Of a stretch of 64,000 bases of DNA, positions 51,369 to 61,293 are shown one piece after another. The translations under genes and the position numbers were made by a program. The stretch is from positions 2 through 64,001 of the forward strand of contig NZ_JAYESN010000016.1 in the NCBI RefSeq assembly GCF_034860625.1, in the 5' to 3' direction. Positions within the stretch are counted from its first letter, which is position 1. Every line of letters begins with the position of its first letter. Under the pieces are notes generated by a model. The model saw only the letters and a program-made list of their open reading frames with translations. It was not told the DNA's origin and did not search any database. This DNA is from Lamprobacter sp. (lineage in GTDB: Bacteria > Pseudomonadota > Gammaproteobacteria > Chromatiales > Chromatiaceae).

Positions 51369-52495
51369 CTCCATCAGTGGTCGCCAGCCCCCATGCGCAT
51401 GCGCCGGTCAGCATCGAGCGGACTATGCGGCTGGTCATGCTGGCGTTGCTGCCGGCAACCTTGCTTGGCCTTTGGCAGTTCGGCTGGCCAGCGATCTTTC
51501 TGTTCTTGGTGACGCTCTGTGCTGCGCTGCTATTCGAGGCACTGGCGCTAATCCTGGCTGGCAAGCCGCTTAAGCCTAGCCTGCTCGATGGCTCGGCCCT
51601 GCTCACTGGCTGGCTGCTGGCGCTGACCTTGCCGCCTTGGGCGCCTTGGTGGATTGGCTTCCTGGGGGCTTTCGTGGCGATTGTCATCGGCAAGCAGGTG
51701 TTCGGCGGGCTCGGCCAGAATCTGTTCAACCCGGCGATGGTGGCGCGGGTGGTGTTGCTGGTCTCCTTTCCATTGGAGATGACGCAGTGGGTAGGGCCAG
51801 AGCCGTTATTTTTCGCGCAGGCGCCAGGCCTCGGTGATGCCCTGACTATCAGCCTGGACGGGCTGGCTGCGCCCTGGGATGCCATGAGCGGGGCCTCGAT
51901 CCTTGGCCAGGTCGATCTGGCCCTGCAGCAAGGCGGCGATCTGGGTGCGGCGATGCCGGCGCTGTTCCCGCCGTTGAGCGCGCTGCTCGGCGGCATCCCC
52001 GGCAGCCTGGGTGAGACCTCGGCATTACTGCTGCTGCTCGGCGGACTCTTCCTGCTACGCAAGGGCGTGATCGACTGGGTGATTCCGGTCGCGGTGCTAC
52101 TCGGCGTCGTGGTTCCCGCTAGCCTGTTGCACCTGATTGACCCGAGCCGCTTCGCCGCTCCGCTGCTCCACCTGCTCGCCGGCGCCACCTTACTGACGGC
52201 CTTCTTCATCGCCACCGATCCGGTCACCTCGCCGGTCTCGCGGATGGGGCAGGCGGTGTTTGGTGCTGGCATCGGCTTGCTGATCTATCTGATCCGCACC
52301 TTTGGTGCCTATCCCGAGGGCGCCGCCTTCGCGATCCTGCTGATGAACGCGGCAACGCCGATGCTCGATCATTATCTGAAGCCGCGCATCTTCGGTCGCG
52401 ATCGGCGCGGGCAGCCGCTGCCGGTGCCCGAGGAGGCGACTGGCCAGGCGACGGCGGGTCATGCAACTGCACCTGCTACCGGGGAGGGCAAGTGA
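51362..52495 (+). CDS. rnfD: Rnf complex subunit D
   Basis: FGGLGQNLFNPA, SGAS FMN-site variant, GSLGETS, ATDPVTSP. Confidence 0.95.
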   Translation: MLTPSVVASPHAHAPVSIERTMRLVMLALLPATLLGLWQFGWPAIFLFLVTLCAALLFEALALILAGKPLKPSLLDGSALLTGWLLALTLPPWAPWWIGFLGAFVAIVIGKQVFGGLGQNLFNPAMVARVVLLVSFPLEMTQWVGPEPLFFAQAPGLGDALTISLDGLAAPWDAMSGASILGQVDLALQQGGDLGAAMPALFPPLSALLGGIPGSLGETSALLLLLGGLFLLRKGVIDWVIPVAVLLGVVVPASLLHLIDPSRFAAPLLHLLAGATLLTAFFIATDPVTSPVSRMGQAVFGAGIGLLIYLIRTFGAYPEGAAFAILLMNAATPMLDHYLKPRIFGRDRRGQPLPVPEEATGQATAGHATAPATGEGK

Positions 52496-53289
52496 TGAAC
52501 GAAGATCAGGGATCATCTCGAGCCTTGTCCCGCCTGCGGCCTTGGGTGTTGCCGAAACTCGACCGTGAAGGAATCGGCTATCAAACGCTGCTACTCGGGG
52601 GCTTCGCGCTCGCGGCCTCAGCGCTGCTGGTAGTTGGGAATCTGCTCACCAAGGGGCCGATCGCTCAGCGCGAGGCCGAGGATCTGCGCGCGTCACTAGA
52701 ACAGGTGATCCCCGACTCGCTGCATGACAACGATCTGCTCGCCAATCCCTTGCTGCTGCCACGCTGGACGGCGGGCGCGGGTAGCGCGATGAGTAGCGCG
52801 GCGGTAGCCGCTGCAAAATCAACCGCGGGCGCCGATGCGGGTCCGACGGCGAGGCCTGCCGCCCGCCGCCAGGGTGCCGATGCGATCACTGTCTACCGCG
52901 CGCTCGACGGGCTGGATGTGACCGCCGTCGCGTTCGAAACCCTCGGCCAGGGCTATGCCGGCCCGATCCGCGTGCTGCTCGGTATCCGCGCCGACGGGCG
53001 CATCCTCGGCGCGCGCGTGCTCTCGCATAGCGAGACGCCGGGCCTCGGCGACAAGATCGAGATCAGCCGCGACGATTGGATCACGGCCTTCAATGGTCTC
53101 AGCCTGCGCGATCCGCCGCCCGAGCGCTGGGCGGTGAAGAAGGACGGTGGCGTCTTCGATCAATTCAGCGGCGCGACCATTACTCCGCGCGCCGTGGTCG
53201 CGGCGATCAAGAGCGGGCTCGAGACCTTTGCCGCAGAGCGCGATGCGTTGACCGCCTCGGCCGTCATCAGGGTTGAGACCAGCCAATGA
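52492..53289 (+). CDS. rnfG: Rnf complex subunit G
   Basis: GYAGPI, HSETPGLGDKI, FSGATIT. Confidence 0.95.
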   Translation: MMNEDQGSSRALSRLRPWVLPKLDREGIGYQTLLLGGFALAASALLVVGNLLTKGPIAQREAEDLRASLEQVIPDSLHDNDLLANPLLLPRWTAGAGSAMSSAAVAAAKSTAGADAGPTARPAARRQGADAITVYRALDGLDVTAVAFETLGQGYAGPIRVLLGIRADGRILGARVLSHSETPGLGDKIEISRDDWITAFNGLSLRDPPPERWAVKKDGGVFDQFSGATITPRAVVAAIKSGLETFAAERDALTASAVIRVETSQ

Positions 53290-53413
53290 CTCACCGCTCT
53301 TTTCGGACTTGCTGTGTCAGCACCATCGGTCGAGCACTCCTTGTTCAGCTGCGCCCCTGGTTCAGATCCAAGCGCTTGTTCGATGATTTTTTGGCTCACT
53401 GGACGCTTTTGTG

Positions 53414-54124
53414 ATGACCGCAGACGGCGATGAAACCACGCGCGAACGCACCCCTTGGGGCCAGATCGCTCGCGATGGGCTCTGGGACAACAATGTGGTG
53501 CTGGCGCAGATGCTCGCGCTCTGCCCACTGCTGGCGGTCACCGGCACCGCCACCAATGGCCTCGGGCTCGGGCTTGCCTCGCTGGTGGTGATGGTAGCCT
53601 CCGGGCTGCTGGTGTCGAGTCTGCGCGGACTGATCACGCCGCAGGTGCGCATTCCGGTGTTCGTGCTCATCATCGCCACCCTGGTGACCCTGGTCGATCT
53701 GGCGATGAACGCCTGGCTGCACGATCTGCACAAGGTGCTCGGGCTGTTCATTCCGCTGATCGTCACCAACTGCGCGATTCTCGGTCGCGCCGAATCCTTC
53801 GCCTCGCGCAATCGGGTCGCGCCGGCGGTGTTCGACGGCCTGATGATGGGCATCGGCTTCACGCTCGTGCTGATGACGCTCGGCGCGCTGCGCGAGATCA
53901 TCGGCTCCGGCACCCTGTTCGCCAATGCTTCCTTGTTGCTCGGCGAGACGATGGGCTTCTTGGAGATGACGCTGATTCCGGACTATCGCGGCTTCCTGCT
54001 GATGATCCTGCCGCCCGGCGGCTTCCTCGCGCTTGGCTTTCTGCTCGCCGGGCAGCGCTTGCTCAAGCGCTTCCGGCTGCCAATAGGGCGCGGCGCCGCC
54101 AAGACCTCGGCCGCCTCGCGCTGA
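53414..54124 (+). CDS. rnfE: Rnf complex subunit E
   Basis: LALCPLLAVT, IPLIVTNCAILGRAE, LPPGGF. Confidence 0.95.
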   Translation: MTADGDETTRERTPWGQIARDGLWDNNVVLAQMLALCPLLAVTGTATNGLGLGLASLVVMVASGLLVSSLRGLITPQVRIPVFVLIIATLVTLVDLAMNAWLHDLHKVLGLFIPLIVTNCAILGRAESFASRNRVAPAVFDGLMMGIGFTLVLMTLGALREIIGSGTLFANASLLLGETMGFLEMTLIPDYRGFLLMILPPGGFLALGFLLAGQRLLKRFRLPIGRGAAKTSAASR

Positions 54125-54223
54125 GCCTGTTTTCATGGAGCCAGCAATTCCCGGTGAACACTAACCTGCTGAAAAATTCGGCCGTATTTTTGCGAGAACC
54201 GCTGATAAGGAGCAGATGAACCC

Positions 54224-54484
54224 ATGCACATCGGTGTCGCCTACGCAGACAAGTTTAAACGCACCTGGCTTCGGCTTGATGTCCCGGACGGCAGCACGCT
54301 GCGCGAGGCGATCGAGCACTCCGGCCTGCTGCGTCAGTACCCGGATATCGACCTCGACATCCAGCGCGTCGGCATCTTCGGTAAGCTCAGCAAGCTCGAC
54401 ACCCCGGTCAGCGATGGCGACCGCGTCGAGATCTATCGCCCCATCACCGTCGATCCCGAGACGGTCGAGCGGCGCGATCAGTGA
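54224..54484 (+). CDS. rnfH: RnfH ubiquitin-like protein
   Basis: VAYA, VGIFGK, GDRVEIYRP...DP. Confidence 0.93.
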   Translation: MHIGVAYADKFKRTWLRLDVPDGSTLREAIEHSGLLRQYPDIDLDIQRVGIFGKLSKLDTPVSDGDRVEIYRPITVDPETVERRDQ

Positions 54485-54625
54485 GGGGCGTGCCTGATCG
54501 GCAGCATGTCGTAGACCGGCGCTAACCCTGCAACGATTCTTGCAACGATATTAGGGGCGATCGATCAAATCAATCAAATCGTTATGCCGGTTCAACGCCT
54601 GGTTCGTGAAACGATCCTTGACCGG

Positions 54626-55372
54626 CTAGTGCAGCATCTGCGTCGCAATCAGTCCTTTTAGGGCGCCCGGCTCGGTGAACTCAACCGTCTTGTCAGTGTA
54701 GTAGTTGGCGCGCGTGTATTGGCTGATCCCAACGGCGCGCGCGGACTCAACGGTGGCGAGCACATAGAGCGGCACGGCACGGCGCTGAGCGTCGAGCCAG
54801 GTCATTTGTGCTTCCATCAATCGGTGCGCGCTGGTAGCCGCAAATACGGCAATCGGGGTCTTGCTGCAGAGATACAGGTCAGCCAAGATAGATTGGCTCT
54901 CATCGGCGGGCACATTGCGGTGTGTCTCGATCTGAGCGTCGCGCGCGACGGCCTCGATGAGCGCAACCACCTGTTCACGAAACACAGAGGCCACACGCGA
55001 CCTTGGCTCAATCGCCAAACCCTGGAGTTGAGCCGCTGCTTCGGCAACGGCCAGCACGCCGGCCTCGAGGTTGGCGTCATCAGCGAACGCAACGAGCTGC
55101 TCGCCATCTTCATCAACCCGCACCCCAAGCAGTTGTGGCAGTACCGCCAAGCGCGCCTGTAAGCGCGTGCTCTCTGGATCAACGCCAGCGGCTGCAAGCC
55201 GAAACAACGCCTCACCGTTGTCATCCAATCGCCACCAGCGATCCGATTCGCGGCTCACGAAGACCACCACACGATCACCGTCGTCATAACGCCAAGGCGT
55301 GACGATGTGGCCATCCGCGTCCACAGCCGGGCCTACCCATGAAAATTCACGGCAAAGCGTTTGCAGGTTCAT
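54626..55372 (-). CDS. DUF1828-like protein
   Basis: IVTPWRYDDGDRVVVFV...LDDNGEAL resembles DUF1828; the C-half looks like a degenerate restriction-endonuclease fold. Confidence 0.65.
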   Translation of the reverse strand: MNLQTLCREFSWVGPAVDADGHIVTPWRYDDGDRVVVFVSRESDRWWRLDDNGEALFRLAAAGVDPESTRLQARLAVLPQLLGVRVDEDGEQLVAFADDANLEAGVLAVAEAAAQLQGLAIEPRSRVASVFREQVVALIEAVARDAQIETHRNVPADESQSILADLYLCSKTPIAVFAATSAHRLMEAQMTWLDAQRRAVPLYVLATVESARAVGISQYTRANYYTDKTVEFTEPGALKGLIATQMLH

Positions 55373-55848
55373 AACAGTTGCTCGTCGTCAGGCGCGATAC
55401 GGATGCCGCAGCGCTCACAAAACAGCGAGATCAGTTGGTTGCGATCTTGCTGGTTCTCCGGGTCCAAGGCGGTTGGTGCGTGTAACGCTAGTTCTGGCGC
55501 TCCGGGTAGCTGGCGCTCGGTGTAATCCCTGGTTGTCTTGCAGTTCACCAACACATGCACACCCTTGTGACTCGGATGGTAGTGCAAGATCAGCAGCGGC
55601 AACAGACCACGCTGCGTTTGCTGAAACAGATAGCCAAAGAATGCGCGGCGCACTCGCGTCTCGCCCGAGCGAACCAGGAACAACACGCAGAGATCATCAG
55701 CCACTTCGAGTAGGCCGCTGTGGCTTAACCTGGGGCCTCCGAGCTGCTGCAGGGGCTTTGGCAACTGCCGCCGGCGCAGCGGCTTGAAGGACACCGCGCG
55801 TAGACGCTTCGGTCGGCACTTGAGCGCCTTCAGTTCAGCGCGATTCAC
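55369..55848 (-). CDS. Hypothetical His-rich protein (DUF6978-like partner)
   Basis: LHYHPSHKGVH and FCERCGI motifs; 4-nt overlaps with both neighbours. Confidence 0.6.
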   Translation of the reverse strand: MNRAELKALKCRPKRLRAVSFKPLRRRQLPKPLQQLGGPRLSHSGLLEVADDLCVLFLVRSGETRVRRAFFGYLFQQTQRGLLPLLILHYHPSHKGVHVLVNCKTTRDYTERQLPGAPELALHAPTALDPENQQDRNQLISLFCERCGIRIAPDDEQLL

Positions 55849-58499
55849 AACGCCCCACCTTGCCAGACACAGCGCCCTGCAGCGAGTGCGCGTTCGAACT
55901 CCTCGATCGGCATCGGCCGGGCGAAATAGTATCCCTGGTACCGATCGCAGCCGAGGGCGGCGAGGCGCTCGCGCGCGGTCTCGGTCTCGACGCCCTCGGC
56001 GATGACGGCAAGCCCCAGGCTTTGTCCGAGCGTGACGATGGTGCGCACGATGGCGACATTGCTGTGATCCGACTCCAGATCGCGCACGAACGACTGATCG
56101 ATCTTCAGCTCATCCACCGGCAACTGCTTCAGGTACGACAGCGACGAGAAGCCGGTGCCGAAATCATCCAGCGAGAACCTGATCCCCAGCGTCTTCAACC
56201 GCCGCATGGTCTCGGTGACCCGATCGAGGTCATCGAACAGCAGGCTTTCGGTGATCTCGAGCTTGAGCAGATTGGGATCGGCCTGCGCACAGTCCAGCGC
56301 CTCGGCGACTCGTTCGATGAAATTCGCCTGCTGAAACTGTTTCGGACTGACGTTGACCGACAGACTGAGCTGTTTCAGCCGCGGATCATGCCGCCAGCGC
56401 GCCAACTGCTCGCAGGCGCTGTGCAAGATCCACTGGCCCATCGGCAGGATCAAGCCCGACTCTTCCGCCAAGGGGATGAAATCGCCGGGGGAGATCAGGC
56501 CCTTGCTCGGATCTTGCCAGCGCACCAAGACCTCGGCGCCGACCGCTTGGCCTTGGCGATCGACCAGCGGCTGAAAATGCAGCCGCAACTGCTCGGGGAT
56601 GGCCTTACGCAGCAGGGCCTCGAGCTCGACCCGATGCTCCAAGGCCTGCTGCATGCCCTGATCGAAGAAGTGCAGGCAATCGCGACCGATCTTTCTCACC
56701 TGCAGCATGGCCGCATCGGCACGCTTGAGCAGCGCGGTGACGGAGTCGGTGGCGCCATCAAAGAGGCTGACGCCCATGCTGGCGGTGATGACATACTCGC
56801 TACCATCGATCTGAAGCGGCTGGCGGATCGCGGCCAGCAGGCGCTCGCCGGTGTGCTTCGCTTGCAGCAGCGAGGCCTCGGCCTGGGTGTCGAGGTTTTC
56901 GATGATGACGACGAATTCATCGCTGCCGAGACGGGCGACGGTATCGTCACCAGCGACCGCGGCGACCAGATTGCGAGCGATCTCGATCAAGACCTTATCG
57001 CCGACGTCATGGCCTTGGGTGTCGTTCAGCGCGCTGAAGTCGTCGAGGTCGATGAAGAACACCGCGCCGTGATGCCGCGACCAGTCGCTGGTGCGCAAGG
57101 CCTGTTGCAAACGGTCGATGAAGAGTCGGCGATTGGGCAGCTTGGTCAGTACATCGAAGTAGGAGAGGCTGTGAATCTGGGCCTCGGCCTGCTTGTGCCG
57201 AGAGAGATCCTCAAAGGCGCCGACATAATGGCTGACGCGGCCTTCCTCGTCGGTGACCACGGAGATGTGCAACCATCCTGGATAGATCTGACCGTTCTTG
57301 CGCCGGTTCCAGATCTCGCCTTGCCATTGCCCGTGCTGGTTGAGATCCTTCCACAGCTCGCGATAGAAGGCGGCACCATGGCGCCCCGACTTCAGTAAGG
57401 CGGGCGTCTGTCCAATGACCTCGTCCTGGCGGTAACCGGTGGTCTCGCGGAAGGCGCGATTGACGCGCAGGATGCGTTGCGCCGCATCGGTGACGACCAT
57501 CGCTTGTCGGGTCTCGAAGGCGGTGGCGGCGATGCGCATCTCGCGCTCCGCCTCTTTCTGCCGCGTGATGTCCTCGGTGAAGATGACGATACCGCCAATC
57601 GACGCATCGGCCCGATACCAGGGCCGCACCTCCCAGCGTTGCCACTGGGTGCGGCCATCGGGGCGGATGAAACAATCGCTCTCTGCGCGCAGCACCTCGC
57701 CGCGCAGGGCGCGTTGATGGATCTCGCGCCAGCGTTGCGGGATCTCGGGAAAGACCTCGTAATGACCGCGGCCGGTGAGATCTTGTCGGGACAGCGCATA
57801 GTCCTTCAGCCAGCGGTCGCTGACCAGCATGAAGCGCAGCTCGGTATCGAACATCGCCAGTGCCGCCGGGGCGTGCTGAATGAACAGCCGCTGCCGGGCC
57901 TCGCTTTCGAGCAGGGCGGTTTCGGCCTGCTTGCGGACATCGATATCCTTGATGACGGCGATGAAATAGTCGGGCCGACCGCGCTCGTCACGCACCAACG
58001 CCAAGGTGAGATAGACCCAGAGCACCTGACCATCCTTGCATTGGTAGCGCTTTTCCAACGCGGCATTGTCGCATTCGCCGTCGAGGATAGCCCGCACCAA
58101 AGCCCGCTCCGCGTCCTGATCGTCGGGATGCGTGAGATCCTGGAACCGGCGCCCCATCAGCTCGGCGGCGGAATAGCCCAGGATGGCGCAGAGCTTCTGG
58201 TTGACTCGCAGCCAGCGTCCGTCCGTCGCGACCTCTGCAATGCCCATCGCCGCCTGCTCGAAGGTGGCCAGGAAGCGCGCCTCGCTGCGCTGGAGCTGGC
58301 GCTGGCGGACCGACAACATGCCGGAGAGCAGCAGCGCGGTGGCGACGACAAAGGCGATGCCCTTGTACTGCTGCCACTGCACCAGCTGCGCGGTATTCTG
58401 GGCGAATAGGCCGAGCAGCCAGTCGGAGAAGATGATCCACAGGCTGCCGAAGGCCAGATAGACCAGGATGATCACTGTCGTGGCGCGGTTCCAACGCAT
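55845..58499 (-). CDS. Membrane multi-PAS GGDEF-EAL protein
   Basis: Two TM helices, three PAS domains, GSDEF, EVL, DDFGTGFSSL. Confidence 0.93.
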   Translation of the reverse strand: MRWNRATTVIILVYLAFGSLWIIFSDWLLGLFAQNTAQLVQWQQYKGIAFVVATALLLSGMLSVRQRQLQRSEARFLATFEQAAMGIAEVATDGRWLRVNQKLCAILGYSAAELMGRRFQDLTHPDDQDAERALVRAILDGECDNAALEKRYQCKDGQVLWVYLTLALVRDERGRPDYFIAVIKDIDVRKQAETALLESEARQRLFIQHAPAALAMFDTELRFMLVSDRWLKDYALSRQDLTGRGHYEVFPEIPQRWREIHQRALRGEVLRAESDCFIRPDGRTQWQRWEVRPWYRADASIGGIVIFTEDITRQKEAEREMRIAATAFETRQAMVVTDAAQRILRVNRAFRETTGYRQDEVIGQTPALLKSGRHGAAFYRELWKDLNQHGQWQGEIWNRRKNGQIYPGWLHISVVTDEEGRVSHYVGAFEDLSRHKQAEAQIHSLSYFDVLTKLPNRRLFIDRLQQALRTSDWSRHHGAVFFIDLDDFSALNDTQGHDVGDKVLIEIARNLVAAVAGDDTVARLGSDEFVVIIENLDTQAEASLLQAKHTGERLLAAIRQPLQIDGSEYVITASMGVSLFDGATDSVTALLKRADAAMLQVRKIGRDCLHFFDQGMQQALEHRVELEALLRKAIPEQLRLHFQPLVDRQGQAVGAEVLVRWQDPSKGLISPGDFIPLAEESGLILPMGQWILHSACEQLARWRHDPRLKQLSLSVNVSPKQFQQANFIERVAEALDCAQADPNLLKLEITESLLFDDLDRVTETMRRLKTLGIRFSLDDFGTGFSSLSYLKQLPVDELKIDQSFVRDLESDHSNVAIVRTIVTLGQSLGLAVIAEGVETETARERLAALGCDRYQGYYFARPMPIEEFERALAAGRCVWQGGAL

Positions 58500-58748
58500 G
58501 CCAGGGTTCCATGACCGGTGATGGTGGCGCGATTATGCCGCAGCGCGGCGGCGCGTGCAGCTGGCCGGCGAGCACCGCCAGCACCTCGCCCTCCAGCCAC
58601 TTGAGATCCTCAAGCGTCAGATAGGCTCATTCGCCGCATGGCGGCCTTCTGGTCGCCAGCGGTTCGGGCATGGGCGAACGCTGATCGGGCAAGGATGACG
58701 ACGTGATGACGCCAAGAAGATTCTAACAGGCTGATTAGCCTACAAAGA

Positions 58749-58835
58749 TGGTGCCGAGGAGAGGACTTGAACCTCCACCTGGTTTCCCAGACATGGACCT
58801 GAACCATGCGCGTCTACCAATTCCGCCACCTCGGC
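58749..58835 (-). tRNA. tRNA-Leu(CAG)
   Basis: GCCGAGG/CCTCGGC acceptor stem, ACCA end, anticodon arm CATGG-TTCAGGT-CCATG, long variable arm, GTTCAAGTC T-loop. Confidence 0.97.
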
Positions 58836-58875
58836 TAGGTGGGATGTCGATGGCTGCAACCACGACAAGCCCGCA

Positions 58876-58904
58876 AGCTTAGTGAGACAGCAGGGGCTTG
58901 TCAA
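58876..58904 (-). promoter_or_regulatory. Sigma70 promoter of tRNA-Leu
   Basis: TTGACA-N17-TAAGCT followed by a GC-rich discriminator. Confidence 0.75.
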
Positions 58905-58945
58905 CGGTAGACTAGCGAAATCATTGGACGCAGCAAGAGTACAGC

Positions 58946-61195
58946 GTGGCACGACGAAAAAAAGCTCAAACCGCCCGGGATCTCGATCCGCATCGGCAAC
59001 GGGAAGCGAAGAAGTACGACAATCCCATTCCTAGTCGGGAGTTCATCCTCGAAAAATTCACGGAGCATGGCGCCCCGCTTGGCTTCGACGAGGCCGCAGC
59101 GCTGCTCGGGCTGACGGCTGAGGAGGATCTGGTTGCGCTCGGGCGGCGGCTCGGGGCGATGGTGCGCGATGGCCAACTGCTTCGGAACCGCCGCGAGGCC
59201 TTCTGCCTGGTCAACAAGCGGGATCTGATCGCCGGTCGGGTGATCGGCCATCCAGATGGCTTCGGCTTCGTCAAGCCGGACGATGGCGGTGACGATCTCT
59301 ATCTCTACCCGAAGGAGATGCGTGCTGTCTTTCATGGTGATCGGATTGTGGCGCGGGTTACCGGCAAGGATCGGCGTGGCCGGCTCGAAGGGGCGGTGGT
59401 CGAGATCCTTGAGCGTAATACTAAGAGCGTCGTTGGCCGGCTGAATTCAGAGAGCGGCGTCGGCTTCGTGGTGCCCGACAATAAGCGCCTGACCCATGAT
59501 GTGATCATCCCGAGCGATCGCCTCGGCGGCGCCGAGCAGGGCCAGATCGTGGTCGCCGAGATCACCGATCAGCCGACCAAGCGCACCCAGCCGATCGGTC
59601 GCGTCGCCGAGGTGCTAGGCGAGCACATGGCCGCCGGCATGGAGACCGATATCGCAATCCGCGCGCATGATCTTCCGGTCCATTGGCCGCCAGAGGTCGA
59701 GCAGGCCATCACGGCCTTCGGTGACGAGGTTCCCGAGGTAGTGAAGGCTGGCCGCACCGATCTACGCAATCTGCCGCTGGTGACCATCGACGGCGCCGAT
59801 GCGCGTGACTTCGATGACGCCGTCTACTGCGAGCGCAAGCCGAAGGGCTGGAAGCTACTGGTCTGCATCGCCGATGTCTCGGCTTATGTCACGCCCGATA
59901 GTGCTTTGGATCAGGAGGGCTTCGAGCGCGGCAACTCGGTCTACTTCCCGGATCGGGTGATTCCGATGCTGCCGGAGGTGCTCTCGAACGGGCTCTGCTC
60001 GCTAAACCCCAAGGTTGACCGGCTCTGCATGGCTTGCGAGCTGTATATCAGCCGTGAGGGCAAGGTGACGCGGACGCGCTTCTTCGAGGCGGTGATGCGC
60101 TCGCAGGCGCGTCTGACCTACGATCAGGTCGCCGCTATGCTGGTCGAAGAGACTGTCGAGTTGAGTGAGCAGTACGCCGAGATTCTGCCGCATCTGCATG
60201 AGCTCTATGCGCTCTATCAGGCGCTACTCGACGCCCGTGCCGCGCGCGGCGCGATCGACTTCGATACCGTCGAGGCCCAGTTCATCATCGATGAGGGCGG
60301 GCGGATCTCGGGCATCGAGCCAAGGGTGCGCAATGATGCTCATCGCATCATCGAGGAATGCATGCTGGCCGCGAATGTGGCTGCGGCACGGCTGTTCCAG
60401 CGCAAGAAGATGCCAGCGCTCTATCGCATCCATGAAACACCCAAGGAAGAGAAGCTCTCTGATCTCCGCGACTTCCTGGCCGAACTGGGCCTGAACCTGC
60501 CGGGCGGCAATAAGCCGACGGCCAAGGACTACGGCACTCTGCTCGATGCGGTGCGCGGTCGGCCAGACTTCCATCTGATCCAAACGGTGCTGCTGCGCTC
60601 GATGCAGCAGGCGATGTATAGCTCGGATAATGTTGGCCATTTTGGGCTGGCTTACGATGCCTATACCCATTTCACCTCGCCGATCCGCCGCTATCCGGAT
60701 CTGATCGTCCACCGCATCATCAAACACATCCTCGCCGGTGGCACGGCGGCCGATCTCGACTACTCGAAACCAGAGCTGCAGCAGGTTGGCGAGCATTGCT
60801 CGGGCACCGAGCGACGCGCCGATGAGGCCACCCGTGACGTCGAGCATTGGCTCAAGTGCGAGTTCATGCGCGACAAGCTGGGCGAGGAGTTTGATGGCAC
60901 CATTACCAGCGTCCAGGGCTTCGGCCTGTTCGTTGAGCTGGATGGGGTCTATGTCGATGGGCTGGTACACATCACCGCCCTCGATAACGACTACTATCAC
61001 TTCGATCCGGTTGGGCATCGGCTGACCGGCGAGCGTACGGGCCAGGTCTATCGGCTAGGTGATCGGCTTCGGGTCAAGGTTGCGGCGGTGAATCTCGAAG
61101 ACCGCAAGATCGACTTCGTGTTGGCCAAGCCGATTGTCGAAGCCGCACCGAAGCGACGCTCGCGCTCGCGGCGGCGCAAGAAGCCGACGGCTTGA
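58946..61195 (+). CDS. rnr: Ribonuclease R
   Basis: GHPDGFGF, TIDGADARDFDDA, HFTSPIRRYPD, S1 domain, basic tail. Confidence 0.97.
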   Translation: MARRKKAQTARDLDPHRQREAKKYDNPIPSREFILEKFTEHGAPLGFDEAAALLGLTAEEDLVALGRRLGAMVRDGQLLRNRREAFCLVNKRDLIAGRVIGHPDGFGFVKPDDGGDDLYLYPKEMRAVFHGDRIVARVTGKDRRGRLEGAVVEILERNTKSVVGRLNSESGVGFVVPDNKRLTHDVIIPSDRLGGAEQGQIVVAEITDQPTKRTQPIGRVAEVLGEHMAAGMETDIAIRAHDLPVHWPPEVEQAITAFGDEVPEVVKAGRTDLRNLPLVTIDGADARDFDDAVYCERKPKGWKLLVCIADVSAYVTPDSALDQEGFERGNSVYFPDRVIPMLPEVLSNGLCSLNPKVDRLCMACELYISREGKVTRTRFFEAVMRSQARLTYDQVAAMLVEETVELSEQYAEILPHLHELYALYQALLDARAARGAIDFDTVEAQFIIDEGGRISGIEPRVRNDAHRIIEECMLAANVAAARLFQRKKMPALYRIHETPKEEKLSDLRDFLAELGLNLPGGNKPTAKDYGTLLDAVRGRPDFHLIQTVLLRSMQQAMYSSDNVGHFGLAYDAYTHFTSPIRRYPDLIVHRIIKHILAGGTAADLDYSKPELQQVGEHCSGTERRADEATRDVEHWLKCEFMRDKLGEEFDGTITSVQGFGLFVELDGVYVDGLVHITALDNDYYHFDPVGHRLTGERTGQVYRLGDRLRVKVAAVNLEDRKIDFVLAKPIVEAAPKRRSRSRRRKKPTA

Positions 61196-61293
61196 GCAAT
61201 GGACTGGCTGTCCTTACTAATGGCTAGACCATATAAAGCCTTGTTTTATCATCGCTTAATCTGTATGCATCGGTGCTATCTGCGGCTCATAGG

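Noticed and set aside
54485-58835. Intact genomic island integrated at tRNA-Leu
   Set aside because: No integrase, and no duplicated tRNA 3' end found near 54.5 kb.
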